Of a stretch of 61,479 bases of DNA, positions 28,884-38,280 are shown in pieces. The DNA is taken from the IMG/VR virus record IMGVR_UViG_3300038962_000175, positions 1 to 61,479 of that record, one strand, 5' to 3'. Position numbers and translations under genes: made by a program. Position 1 is the first letter of the stretch; each line of letters starts with the position of its first letter. The notes under the pieces were generated by a model. It was not told the DNA's origin. It saw nothing but the letters and a program-made list of their open reading frames with translations, and searched no databases. This stretch comes from a virus. Taxonomy: Duplodnaviria; Caudoviricetes.

Positions 28884-30804
28884 CTATAACTCCAGTTAAA
28901 AGTTGATCCCTTACTCCCATAATTTTATCCAATAGATTGATACCAAGAACATCAAATTTTACATGACCCATAGCCTCAAGATCTACCATTTCCAATCCGG
29001 CGATTTTATCGGTGCCGTTGGTTTCTTTGACCATTGGACACGACTTGTTTAAGTTTTTGGAAGATATAACAACCCCGGCGGCGTGCTTACCTTGAGACTT
29101 GTATGTCCCCTCTAACCTCATTGCTTGCTCGAACAACTTTGCGTAATCACCAGTCAGAATACCGTCATCTTTTAATTCGCAATAATCACTAAGAGCCTCT
29201 GGCTGGTAGGTCAAAGTCCATAATATCGACGATGAATTTGATATGGATTCTAGCTGGTCTGAAATTTTATCTTCTTGCGGTAGAGACTTTGTTATCCTGT
29301 TCATCTCATCAAATGAACATGCGTCATGAACTCTCAGCACTTCCTTTAAAGCACTTCTTCCTTGCAGTCTACCGAATGTTACCATTTGACAGACCCTGTC
29401 ATCGCCATACTTAGATCTTATATACTGTATAACCGAATCTCTTTTTGTTGCCGGGACATCTATATCAATATCGGGTAGGGAGATATGATCTTCCGTGTTC
29501 CTACCCATATTATAAAATCTCTCAAAGAGCAAGTCATATTCTATTGGATCGACTTCGGTTATACCAATCAGATATGAGATTAGACAACCTGCGGCAGAAC
29601 CTCTTCCGGGGCCAGCCAACCAATTCTGATTCTTAACATAATCTACAATGTCTCTAACTATCAAAAAATAACCGGACAGATTTGCCCGGCTGATGACATC
29701 AAGCTCTTCTTTTATTCTATCAACGTACTGTTTAGTTTTTTCTTCGGTGTTTACTTTCCCCTCTCTTTTTAACCTATTACGCCAACCGTCTCTACAGAGA
29801 TCCCTGAGATACTCTTCTTCTGTCATATCTTTAGGGCAAGAAAACTTAGGAAGCATGGGGTGGCCTAATATATCGTAATCCTCACAGCCGTCTGATATGA
29901 GCTTGGAGTTATAAAGCTCCTCTTCCGAATGAAGAGACTCCATTTCTTCTAGCGAAGGTATGTGGTAGTTGTTTGATTTAAAAAAAGAAGAGAGAACAAT
30001 ATTTTCGTTATTTTTCAGCCTATCATTAACCTTTTTTAAAGTAGTTTTCATCGCAGAGCATAGTATTATCCTTTGATCTGCGGCGTCTTCTTTTGTTGGA
30101 TAGTGTGAGTCGGCTGTTGCCACTGGGGGAATGTTTGTTTCCCTGCTAACCTCTCTAAGGCATTCTGCTATGAGTTCTGCTGCGGGAAAATTATCCTTGT
30201 CTATAAGTTGTATCTCTACGAAAAAATTTCCAGCACCAAAAATTTTGAGATATCGTGAGGCCATCACGATTGCATCTTCTTTCCAGTTTCTCTTCAAATG
30301 CTTTGCTGATTCTTCATAGGTTTTAGCAGAGTAACCAGCTTTCACATCTTTAAATAGCACATTTGCTAGGTCGCTGCCCGGATGACCACTAAAGGCTACT
30401 AGACTTCCCTTAGTGTCTCCAACTATCTCATCCAGCAAGTTAAGGTCTAGTCTTGGTTTAAAATAAAACACATCCTCTTCATTACTTCTAGATGTAGCTT
30501 CAATTAATTTGTTCCAACCTTCAGTGTTCTTAGCTAATACTACCAGATGAGATAGTGAACGATTCTGTTTATCTTTTAGTTTAGCATCATTTGATATATA
30601 AAATTCACAACCTAGTATTGGTTTGATATTTTTTTCTCTCATCGCCCTCACGAACGAAACGGCTCCAGAGATTGTACCGTGATCAGTTATTGCACATGAG
30701 GTATATCCAAGTTCAGAGCATCTGTCGGCAACTTGAGACGGCTTTGAGAGGCCGTCTAGGAGGCTGTAGTGTGTGTGTAAATGCAAAGGTGTCCAAACTG
30801 ACAT
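28864..30804 (-). CDS. dnaE: DNA polymerase III alpha, N-terminal part (PHP, palm, thumb)
   Basis: HLHTHYSLLDG, TDHG, GPGRGSAAG, LLFERF, PDIDID, HAAGVVI, KFDVLG. Confidence 0.95.
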   Translation of the reverse strand: MSVWTPLHLHTHYSLLDGLSKPSQVADRCSELGYTSCAITDHGTISGAVSFVRAMREKNIKPILGCEFYISNDAKLKDKQNRSLSHLVVLAKNTEGWNKLIEATSRSNEEDVFYFKPRLDLNLLDEIVGDTKGSLVAFSGHPGSDLANVLFKDVKAGYSAKTYEESAKHLKRNWKEDAIVMASRYLKIFGAGNFFVEIQLIDKDNFPAAELIAECLREVSRETNIPPVATADSHYPTKEDAADQRIILCSAMKTTLKKVNDRLKNNENIVLSSFFKSNNYHIPSLEEMESLHSEEELYNSKLISDGCEDYDILGHPMLPKFSCPKDMTEEEYLRDLCRDGWRNRLKREGKVNTEEKTKQYVDRIKEELDVISRANLSGYFLIVRDIVDYVKNQNWLAGPGRGSAAGCLISYLIGITEVDPIEYDLLFERFYNMGRNTEDHISLPDIDIDVPATKRDSVIQYIRSKYGDDRVCQMVTFGRLQGRSALKEVLRVHDACSFDEMNRITKSLPQEDKISDQLESISNSSSILWTLTYQPEALSDYCELKDDGILTGDYAKLFEQAMRLEGTYKSQGKHAAGVVISSKNLNKSCPMVKETNGTDKIAGLEMVDLEAMGHVKFDVLGINLLDKIMGVRDQLLTGVIDEETLQ

Positions 30805-30813
30805 CTTGTCGTC

Positions 30814-31335
30814 CTAAAATTCTACTGGGTCAAGATCCTTGTATTTCATATTGTGACAATCAGTAGAAACCTTCCATCCGTTAGAAGGATCTATGTCACC
30901 CTGCGAATAAAAATGCGCTTGCTCAAAGTATTCCTTTGCATCCTTCTGTCCACAAATCCAAGCTTTCAAAGGCTTGGTCCCTTTAAACTGAATGCTTGTG
31001 AATATATATATATCTGGCTTTTGATGAGCACTGGTTTCTGCGACAGAAGCATCGTAAGAATCTTGAGGGGGTACAGACCTTCTTTTCGATTTCACCTCTA
31101 TCTTTTTACCATCTCTTATTAAGTCATGGTTATACTTATCCCGACCCTCATTGTTACTGATTATCTCAGCTTGAATATAACCGGCAACGATTTCCTCACC
31201 TAGATAGCCAGCAAAGTTTCCAGCCCCCTTTAGAATAGAATTATTTATCCTACCTAGATTTTTAGCCTTGACTCTAGCTCGCTCAACCATCTCCTCTGTG
31301 AACTCAACTTCAACTATGTTTGATTGCTTTGTCAT
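30814..31335 (-). CDS. PD-(D/E)XK nuclease-fold protein
   Basis: GYLGEE...HDL...KIEVKSK. Confidence 0.6.
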   Translation of the reverse strand: MTKQSNIVEVEFTEEMVERARVKAKNLGRINNSILKGAGNFAGYLGEEIVAGYIQAEIISNNEGRDKYNHDLIRDGKKIEVKSKRRSVPPQDSYDASVAETSAHQKPDIYIFTSIQFKGTKPLKAWICGQKDAKEYFEQAHFYSQGDIDPSNGWKVSTDCHNMKYKDLDPVEF

Positions 31336-32248
31336 ATAAATATCTTCCCGTGGCTACATCCTCTATCGCTAGACCGGTTGCATCAAATAATGTCTTATTA
31401 AAAGATTCGGTATTTGTTTCCCCCTGAACTACCAGCGATAGTGGAGACCAAACCTGTCCAGAGATCTGCTTTTTAGAGTATTGAATCTCGCCCGAATGAG
31501 AGCACTGAACCCACTCATCATAGCACACAAGGTCCGAATTTTCTAGGACGCAGGAATGAAGCTCCCTTTTTCCTTCGGCGTCTGCCCCAATCGCATTAAT
31601 GTGAACGACAGGTTTGAGAGCATCATTTTTTATGAAGGGTTTTCTGGACGGTGTTAAAGTGGTAACTATGTCAGAATCCCATAGACAGTCTTCTAGATCT
31701 TTACAGACTACCACTAAGGATCTACAAGAGATGGATGGTTTCTTGAGAAGTTGTTCCTTGAGATTGTTAGCCCTATCTACATCTAGGTCAAATAGCTTGA
31801 TAGTTTTTATTTCTCTTACAGATGTCACAGCTTCAATTTGTCTGGCTGTCTGATTGCCACACCCCACAAACCCCGCAGTTCTAGCGTGTTTTGGGGCCAG
31901 ATATTTTGTGGCCACCCCAGTCACCGCTGCTGTGCGAATTGCTGTCAGAGTTTCCGCATCCATGATAGCCAGAAGATCGCCAGAGTCTACGTCGTTTATA
32001 AGAACCTTTGCAAAGATTTTAATCTTGCCCGGATCTTTTATGTTTAAACTGGCCCACTTAATCCCTGCGGTTTTATCAACAACCGCTGGCATAGCCCTGA
32101 AGTCCCCGTTAGGAACGTCCATGTAGACTTTTGGTGGCATCTGTGTGTTGTCTATGTTTTTGAAGAGTGTATCAATAACATCTATACACTCGGTAACGCT
32201 TACTAGTCCAGCAACATCCTCGTTATTAAAGTATTTAACCGGGAGCAT
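31310..32248 (-). CDS. Ornithine cyclodeaminase/mu-crystallin family protein (archaeal-type alanine dehydrogenase-like)
   Basis: QMPPKVY..GDFRAMPA..GIKW, TAIRTAA, GCGNQ, HINAIGADAEGKREL, FDATGLAIED. Confidence 0.9.
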   Translation of the reverse strand: MLPVKYFNNEDVAGLVSVTECIDVIDTLFKNIDNTQMPPKVYMDVPNGDFRAMPAVVDKTAGIKWASLNIKDPGKIKIFAKVLINDVDSGDLLAIMDAETLTAIRTAAVTGVATKYLAPKHARTAGFVGCGNQTARQIEAVTSVREIKTIKLFDLDVDRANNLKEQLLKKPSISCRSLVVVCKDLEDCLWDSDIVTTLTPSRKPFIKNDALKPVVHINAIGADAEGKRELHSCVLENSDLVCYDEWVQCSHSGEIQYSKKQISGQVWSPLSLVVQGETNTESFNKTLFDATGLAIEDVATGRYLYDKAIKHS

Positions 32249-33245
32249 CGTAGTACCCTATGTTGAACCCTTGTTTTGTACATTCTGCCGTAGTCCTTTC
32301 TAAACCCTTCTTTTGTAATTCCTCATGAACATATTTACAGATATTTTTATTAGTTCCCTCCCAGTTGTTTTTATAGTAAGTACAAAGTTTTTTACATTTC
32401 CAATGATTCTGTTCTTGTGAAAGAAGTCTTGGGGATTCGTTTTGTTGTATTTGTTTAAATCTTTTTTCTAACATCTTTAAGAAGGACTCTTTGTCAGACT
32501 CGTCGAAGCATAGAGAAAATGGACCTCCATCTCTTATATAAAAAATAGACATTATGGATTCGCTATACTGTGGGAATAGCTTTGATATAGCGTAGTGGTA
32601 TAATAGAAGTTGTGGGTCTTTAGATAGTTTATCGTAGTCCTTCTCTTGTCCTGTTGCCCAATCTATTCTTCTTCCAGTCTTCCAATCTATAACTTCTATG
32701 ACATTCTTGGAAGTTTCTGTAACGAGATCTATCGTTCCTTTTATTGCAAGGTTTCCCTTAAGCGTCGTGCCGTTAGGCAGTTGATAATCATATTCTGCCC
32801 ATGGCTCATCTATAGATATATCAAAATGAGGTTCGGCAGCGACTATTTTTCTAGTTCTGGGGTCAAATTGTCCCTTATTGTATTCGAGAGCCATCCAGAC
32901 CCATTTTTTACAGTTTTCTAGATCAGACTTTACAAAGGTGTGTGTACTCTTGCTGGTGTAGAAGTCTATGCTTTTATCTGTAAGTTTCTTTACAAAGTTG
33001 TCCGATAACATTATATCTTTTGTGAGACGAATTCTACCTAAAGATTCGTCCGTGAAGCTCTTTTTTTTATCTTGAACTGCTTTCTTGGAGCGTGCAAGAC
33101 ATTCCATAACTTTATGGACTATAGTCCCCATCTCCGCTTTCTTCCCAGAAAGAGAGGGGTAACCAAGCACATAGTTTATATAATACTGCTGCTGGCAGTA
33201 GTCATAATTATTATATGAGGAACTTCTTATGTAAGTTACGATCAT
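32235..33245 (-). CDS. RecB/AddB/Cas4-like PD-(D/E)XK exonuclease
   Basis: SS....C, GTIVH..ME, KGTIDL, VIDWKTG, QL.LY, C-terminal CKKLC...C. Confidence 0.85.
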   Translation of the reverse strand: MIVTYIRSSSYNNYDYCQQQYYINYVLGYPSLSGKKAEMGTIVHKVMECLARSKKAVQDKKKSFTDESLGRIRLTKDIMLSDNFVKKLTDKSIDFYTSKSTHTFVKSDLENCKKWVWMALEYNKGQFDPRTRKIVAAEPHFDISIDEPWAEYDYQLPNGTTLKGNLAIKGTIDLVTETSKNVIEVIDWKTGRRIDWATGQEKDYDKLSKDPQLLLYHYAISKLFPQYSESIMSIFYIRDGGPFSLCFDESDKESFLKMLEKRFKQIQQNESPRLLSQEQNHWKCKKLCTYYKNNWEGTNKNICKYVHEELQKKGLERTTAECTKQGFNIGYYDAPG

Positions 33246-33883
33246 TCAGACCACTCCAAGGCGTCAGCGATAACTGGTAAGTGTTGTGAGAATACGCCCT
33301 TGATTTCATCTGCAATTCCCCTGTGCTCTTTCTGTGTTGATTCATCTGTTCTTAGCTGTATGTAGTGAATCCAGCTTCTAATCGTTCCATTCATATACAT
33401 TCGCGTTTTAGTGCTTAGGGGTAGCAGAAATCTTGCACTTTCTTTAGCCACCCCTCTCTCCAAGGCTTCCTCATAAAAATTGTTAGTGGCTTCCTGAACC
33501 TTTTTATGTGTGTACTCGAACCAAGTTTTGTCTTTTTCTGGGAGATCGTTAAACGAATTCTGTCGGTTCTTTATATCCTGCCTTCTTGGTTCTACATATT
33601 CAAAACCTTGAGCTTTAGCATACCGTTGGCTAAATTCCTGAAAGGAAAAACTTCTATGTCTTAGAATTTGCGCGGCTATTCCTCTGGTTGTGTTAATTTC
33701 AATAACCATATTAGCCATTTCGAAAACAGACCAGTGTCCGTGTGTTATGCAAAATTTAAGAAGTTTAGATACGTCTGGATTGTTTTGATTTTTTGGATTG
33801 CTTACTCTAGCACAGTATCCTATTGTTTTTTCTGCGTCGGGAGTAATAGAGATTAACTTAATCTCTCCCATATTTATCCTCAA
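33242..33883 (-). CDS. thyX: FAD-dependent thymidylate synthase
   Basis: HWSVFE, QILRHRSFSFQEFSQRY, AKESARFLLP, TQKEHR. Confidence 0.96.
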   Translation of the reverse strand: MRINMGEIKLISITPDAEKTIGYCARVSNPKNQNNPDVSKLLKFCITHGHWSVFEMANMVIEINTTRGIAAQILRHRSFSFQEFSQRYAKAQGFEYVEPRRQDIKNRQNSFNDLPEKDKTWFEYTHKKVQEATNNFYEEALERGVAKESARFLLPLSTKTRMYMNGTIRSWIHYIQLRTDESTQKEHRGIADEIKGVFSQHLPVIADALEWSE

Positions 33884-34199
33884 TTCTAATTATATCTTTT
33901 TCTTCGCAAGTTCCAAATTGCATCTCATATATCGTCATGTCTGTATCGCCAGTATTTTTGATCTGGTGTGCGTCGTTTTTTCTGACATGAATATAAAAAC
34001 CCGGAGTAACTTTCCATTCTGTGCCGTTGTATTTAAAAATACCATTACCCTTTACTACATACCAGAACTCGCTCCTCTTGTGGTGCTGTTGATAAGATAT
34101 CTCTTCTCCAGAACCTACAGTTATCATTTTAAAAACGACTTCCTCTGATCTAAATATATCTTTATAAGATCCCCAAGGCTTAGAAACTGTATTGTCCAT
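33858..34199 (-). CDS. Cupin, type II mannose-6-phosphate isomerase C-terminal-like
   Basis: KPWGSY, SYQQHHKRSEFW, EMQFG..EKDIIRIEDKYGR. Confidence 0.88.
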   Translation of the reverse strand: MDNTVSKPWGSYKDIFRSEEVVFKMITVGSGEEISYQQHHKRSEFWYVVKGNGIFKYNGTEWKVTPGFYIHVRKNDAHQIKNTGDTDMTIYEMQFGTCEEKDIIRIEDKYGRD

Positions 34200-35008
34200 T
34201 ACCTAGCCTCACTCTTTACGGGTTTTGTAAAGCCAGCAGGCTCTACTGACTGAATCCATCCCCAGTCTATTAAAACATTTAAAAGCTCTTTATTACATTC
34301 TTCTATTGTCATGTCAGAATTGTCTATAACATGATCAAATTCACAGTATTTCTCTAAGTCGTTTTCGCTTGAATGACTATCCTTCTTGGGTTTCCGAAGC
34401 AGACGAATAATTTTTCCACCGGCTTCATGTATCGCGTCGGCCTCGTTTCTAAACCTGCAATCTCCTATTATGGCAAGCTCACTTTCATCATCGACGATGT
34501 TATCCAAGCAGATAGAGGTCCAGATATCTGGTTTGATTCGTCTACAAATATCAGTGCCAAAATATTGCAAGAATTCTCTGGCGCTCATTGGGCCGCTATC
34601 ATCCTTCGAACGCAAGGAGTCTGGCAAACTTTCCCACATGATGTTCGTAGGACTGTTTTTCTCATCCTCGGTCCCGTAGCACTGCTCATACTTAAGACCG
34701 AAAACACTAACACAAAGTCTTTTTAGCGGCGTGGCAAAATTATACGCCCTGACGAACGGCCATATCCTCTGTGAGGCATAGTTTGCGAATTCAAAATCAT
34801 TCCTTTCTATGTCTAATACCCCCATTCCCTCAGATATGTTTCCGTTCTCGTCTGCGGTTGTAGCATTTACAACCAACTTCCCGGCATTATTTATTTCAAA
34901 AACCTTTATGGCTTCGGTTCTTTTCATTTCGTAGCCATGAAGAAAATTCATTCTCGTAGTCTTGCCGCTCTGCTTAGACCCGGAGAAAGCTAATATTTTC
35001 TGACTCAT
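34199..35008 (-). CDS. Deoxynucleoside monophosphate kinase
   Basis: GSKQSGKTT, FATPLK, REFLQYFGTD, DCRF.NE, HSSE. Confidence 0.88.
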   Translation of the reverse strand: MSQKILAFSGSKQSGKTTRMNFLHGYEMKRTEAIKVFEINNAGKLVVNATTADENGNISEGMGVLDIERNDFEFANYASQRIWPFVRAYNFATPLKRLCVSVFGLKYEQCYGTEDEKNSPTNIMWESLPDSLRSKDDSGPMSAREFLQYFGTDICRRIKPDIWTSICLDNIVDDESELAIIGDCRFRNEADAIHEAGGKIIRLLRKPKKDSHSSENDLEKYCEFDHVIDNSDMTIEECNKELLNVLIDWGWIQSVEPAGFTKPVKSEAR

Positions 35009-36063
35009 ACCATACCCTCCAACTGCGGCTTTAATATTTTCTCTATGTCAGAAATGCTCATTTCGCCAACATCCTTGTGTGGATCTATACTGGGTGTGTA
35101 TATATTGAACAGTCGCTCGCACTGAGATCTTATTTTTAAACCAGCCTGTTTTCCTGCTTCGTCATTGTCTGTGAGTATTATCAAATTCAACGCCCCAGAC
35201 CTCTCTAGTATTATACGCTGATAGTCACTTAAATAGCAACCAAACATCCCAACAGAATTTCTGATACCAGCCTCATGAAGACGCCACACGTCACCCTGCC
35301 CTTCCACAACAACAACGCTGTTGGTTTCTTCTATTGCATCTTTTGCATTCCAATAGTTGTATAGGAAATCGCCCGTATTAAACCCCTTACTATTTACCCA
35401 TTTGTGTGTTGTGGGCCTTTCATCCAGAGACCTTCCTATACACCCCACCATATGCTCACGCTCGTCATCATAGACAGGAACAACTATTCTATTATACATA
35501 GGTTTTTTTGGATTGTCACAAATTCCCACATCAAAAAACGACAGGGTTGCTTGACTAAATCCCTGTCTGAGATAATAGTCTACAGGCTGACGTAAACTGC
35601 TAATAACTTGATCCCTAGTGACTGCTGCCGTGATAGCCTTTTTGTTTTTTAAAATACTGTTGGCACATCGTATAAAACTATTCTTCTCTCTTTGAGATGT
35701 GTCTACTCTAATATCGTCTGGAGAGAAGTTCATTATCTTAAATCCAAAAGAAACTGCCTCCTTAAAGCTAACCTCTTTTTCCTGAATGTGAGACAAAATT
35801 CCTCGTATTAATCCTATCGAAGAATTGATGTACTTTTTCTCGCAATGATGTGTCCAGCAGGACCATACTATTTGATTTGGAAATATGTCGGATTGCCTTA
35901 TACTAAATCCATCCTTCTTGTCCCCGCCATGCACAGGGCACGGACAATATATCCAATCATCCTGCTCAATATATTCGACACTGAAATGATCTAATATATC
36001 AATTATTCTTTCGGAAAGTTTTTCTGAAAGAACATTTATTTTTTCTTTTTCCAGTTTTTGCAT
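35005..36063 (-). CDS. dnaG: DNA primase (zinc finger and TOPRIM)
   Basis: CPVH...CWTHHC, VEGQGDV, DNDEAG. Confidence 0.9.
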   Translation of the reverse strand: MQKLEKEKINVLSEKLSERIIDILDHFSVEYIEQDDWIYCPCPVHGGDKKDGFSIRQSDIFPNQIVWSCWTHHCEKKYINSSIGLIRGILSHIQEKEVSFKEAVSFGFKIMNFSPDDIRVDTSQREKNSFIRCANSILKNKKAITAAVTRDQVISSLRQPVDYYLRQGFSQATLSFFDVGICDNPKKPMYNRIVVPVYDDEREHMVGCIGRSLDERPTTHKWVNSKGFNTGDFLYNYWNAKDAIEETNSVVVVEGQGDVWRLHEAGIRNSVGMFGCYLSDYQRIILERSGALNLIILTDNDEAGKQAGLKIRSQCERLFNIYTPSIDPHKDVGEMSISDIEKILKPQLEGMV

Positions 36064-36064
36064 T

Positions 36065-36808
36065 TCAATTTTTCAACTGAAACGTGAGATGGTACACTCC
36101 GAATTCAGATTGATCCAATTCATTGTGAGACCAATTCCCTCTTTGGAATTCTTCGTGAGACAATTCGTAGTTTAAATTGTCTAACTGGTTTATAATCTCG
36201 TCTTTGTTGCTCATCTTGTACGGGATTACACTTTTGCCCATATTTACTTGTCCGGTAATTAAAGACTCTCTTTGTTCAAGAAGTATTGTCGATGTTGTGA
36301 TTATCTTTTTTGGGCTGTGGCTTGCAGCTTTTAGAAGTATGTCTTCTGTGTTAAACATGTATTGCAAACTGCCGGAAAAATATACGACATCAAAAGGAGT
36401 GGCCCCTGTAGGAACCCTGTCGCAGTAAGAAAGACCGGGGATGTCGTTATATATCTTATTACATCTTATGCTTACTTTAGGTAGCTCCACCACCAAAACT
36501 TCTACTGGTTGATTAAGCCAATAATCTAGATAGAAGAAGCAAGGATTTATTCCCCCACCAATTTCTAGAATTTTAAGCGTTTGGGTGTTGTTAAATTCTG
36601 AAATCTGACTCTTGAAATAAAGATCTCTCGGAGAGGCTGAGTTGGCGGCAGCATAAAAAGGAGGTTCTTTATCTTTAGAGAGATAGGCATCTTTGTATTC
36701 AGAATGATAATTAGACATCAATTCGTAGAAGTCTTGTCGCCTATCTTTAAAGTACTGATTTAGCTCTTCCAAGTTATTAAATATACCGTGAAAGGTAGTC
36801 TCGAACAT
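36065..36808 (-). CDS. Putative SAM methyltransferase (TIGR04325-like)
   Basis: LEIGGG, VVELP, SGSLQY. Confidence 0.7.
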   Translation of the reverse strand: MFETTFHGIFNNLEELNQYFKDRRQDFYELMSNYHSEYKDAYLSKDKEPPFYAAANSASPRDLYFKSQISEFNNTQTLKILEIGGGINPCFFYLDYWLNQPVEVLVVELPKVSIRCNKIYNDIPGLSYCDRVPTGATPFDVVYFSGSLQYMFNTEDILLKAASHSPKKIITTSTILLEQRESLITGQVNMGKSVIPYKMSNKDEIINQLDNLNYELSHEEFQRGNWSHNELDQSEFGVYHLTFQLKN

Positions 36809-36817
36809 AATAATACC

Positions 36818-38278
36818 TCACATTTCAAATGGAATATCGTCTTTATTATTATCTTCTACAACAAAGCCGTCATCTTTTTGTTTAACAACTTTTCTTATTT
36901 CATTACGAGTAGATTTTTCCGATATTCTACCAGTCTCTCCTCGCATAGCCATGCTGATATAATCACTGTCGGAGAGTCCGGGGCCGTGTCTGGCAACGAT
37001 TGGAACCAGCTTTTTGTTTCCGTATTGATCCCCGTCTTCTGCTATCTCCTCATCACTCTTATTTTTAAAAATACTAAAACTTGTACATAGCCATATCAAT
37101 CGGTCAGAGCCACTAACGACATCGGTGGACTCTTTAGTTATACCGTCTCTGTTCAGTTGAACAAAACTAAGACAAGGGCAGTCGTACTCAACGCAGAAGT
37201 TGTGAAGCGATGTTATCTGAAAACCAAGCGCTTGAAACTCCTGAACATTATTATTGATAGTGTCCGATGTCATCAATTTAAGGTAGTCATATATCACCAA
37301 GCAGTTGTTGGTTCTTCCGTTTTCATCAAATCCAACGGTCTTGATAATCCATCTACGCATGAGAGATAGAATTTCGTCAAATCCCTTGCCCGATATATTA
37401 ATATAGTCGTATGGGATACTCTCTATCTTGTTGGCAGCTTTCTCAATCTTGGCTTTACCGGCCTTAGTTTTGAAACACTTACCCGTAGCTATATCATTGA
37501 TATCTATACCGCTAAGGCTGGCAAGTATCCTGTTTAGATGGTCCTCTTTTGACATCTCTGTGTCTAGCATTAAGACGGGTATTCGCAATTTACCCGCAAC
37601 ATGCATGGCGACGTTATCCCCAAACATGCTTTTCCCTACTTTTGGTCTTGCTGCAATTAGATCCACGCACTTTCTTCTAAAGCCCCCACCTATACTAGAA
37701 TCGAACCTTTGATACCCGCTGGGGATTCCAAGTATGTCGGAAGGGTTCTCTTCCAGATGCTGTATGTATTGTTCTATGTCCCGACCAAGAGGAAGTGGTG
37801 TGCTATCTTCCTCTCTGTTTAATGAGGAGGAAAAATCCAAGATGGGTTTTTCAGCGATATTTATTATCTCGCTGATTGTCTCGTCCCCATCTATTGTAGA
37901 AACATCGTTGTAGATCTCCTTTGAAATCTTCTGTAGATCTCTGGCAAGATGTAGCTTTCTCACCTTTACAGCATGAGGTCTGACATTCTCTAGCTTGATA
38001 GGAAAGTTGTATATAGCCCTGAGATGTTCAAGACCTGTTTTGGTGTTAAGATTCTCTTGCAGATTAAGGTCATTCGCAGCGGCGAGTATCGAAGATATGT
38101 CTATATGATCAGACTTTTCAAGAACCTTACAAAGGCACTTGTAGATTATCTGATTTTCCTCGATAACAAAGCTGTCAAATTCAACTACACCGTTAACATC
38201 CACAAAAGCGTCTGAACCATGTGAGCATATCCCTGACAGGATGGCTCTCTCAGCGGCTGGGTTATTTAGTAAGTTCAC
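36818..38278 (-). CDS. dnaB: Replicative DNA helicase
   Basis: AERAIL, ARPKVGKS, TEM, YDYLKL, QLNR, RHGP. Confidence 0.93.
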   Translation of the reverse strand: MNLLNNPAAERAILSGICSHGSDAFVDVNGVVEFDSFVIEENQIIYKCLCKVLEKSDHIDISSILAAANDLNLQENLNTKTGLEHLRAIYNFPIKLENVRPHAVKVRKLHLARDLQKISKEIYNDVSTIDGDETISEIINIAEKPILDFSSSLNREEDSTPLPLGRDIEQYIQHLEENPSDILGIPSGYQRFDSSIGGGFRRKCVDLIAARPKVGKSMFGDNVAMHVAGKLRIPVLMLDTEMSKEDHLNRILASLSGIDINDIATGKCFKTKAGKAKIEKAANKIESIPYDYINISGKGFDEILSLMRRWIIKTVGFDENGRTNNCLVIYDYLKLMTSDTINNNVQEFQALGFQITSLHNFCVEYDCPCLSFVQLNRDGITKESTDVVSGSDRLIWLCTSFSIFKNKSDEEIAEDGDQYGNKKLVPIVARHGPGLSDSDYISMAMRGETGRISEKSTRNEIRKVVKQKDDGFVVEDNNKDDIPFEM

Positions 38279-38280
38279 TT

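Noticed and set aside
26352-30804. dnaE as a pseudogene, frameshift or split intein
   Set aside because: Both halves keep their catalytic motifs, are separated by two intact coupled genes and lack intein terminal motifs.
32235-33245. Cas4 as part of a CRISPR-Cas system
   Set aside because: No cas1/cas2 or array; stand-alone RecB/Cas4-like nucleases are common in phage replication blocks.
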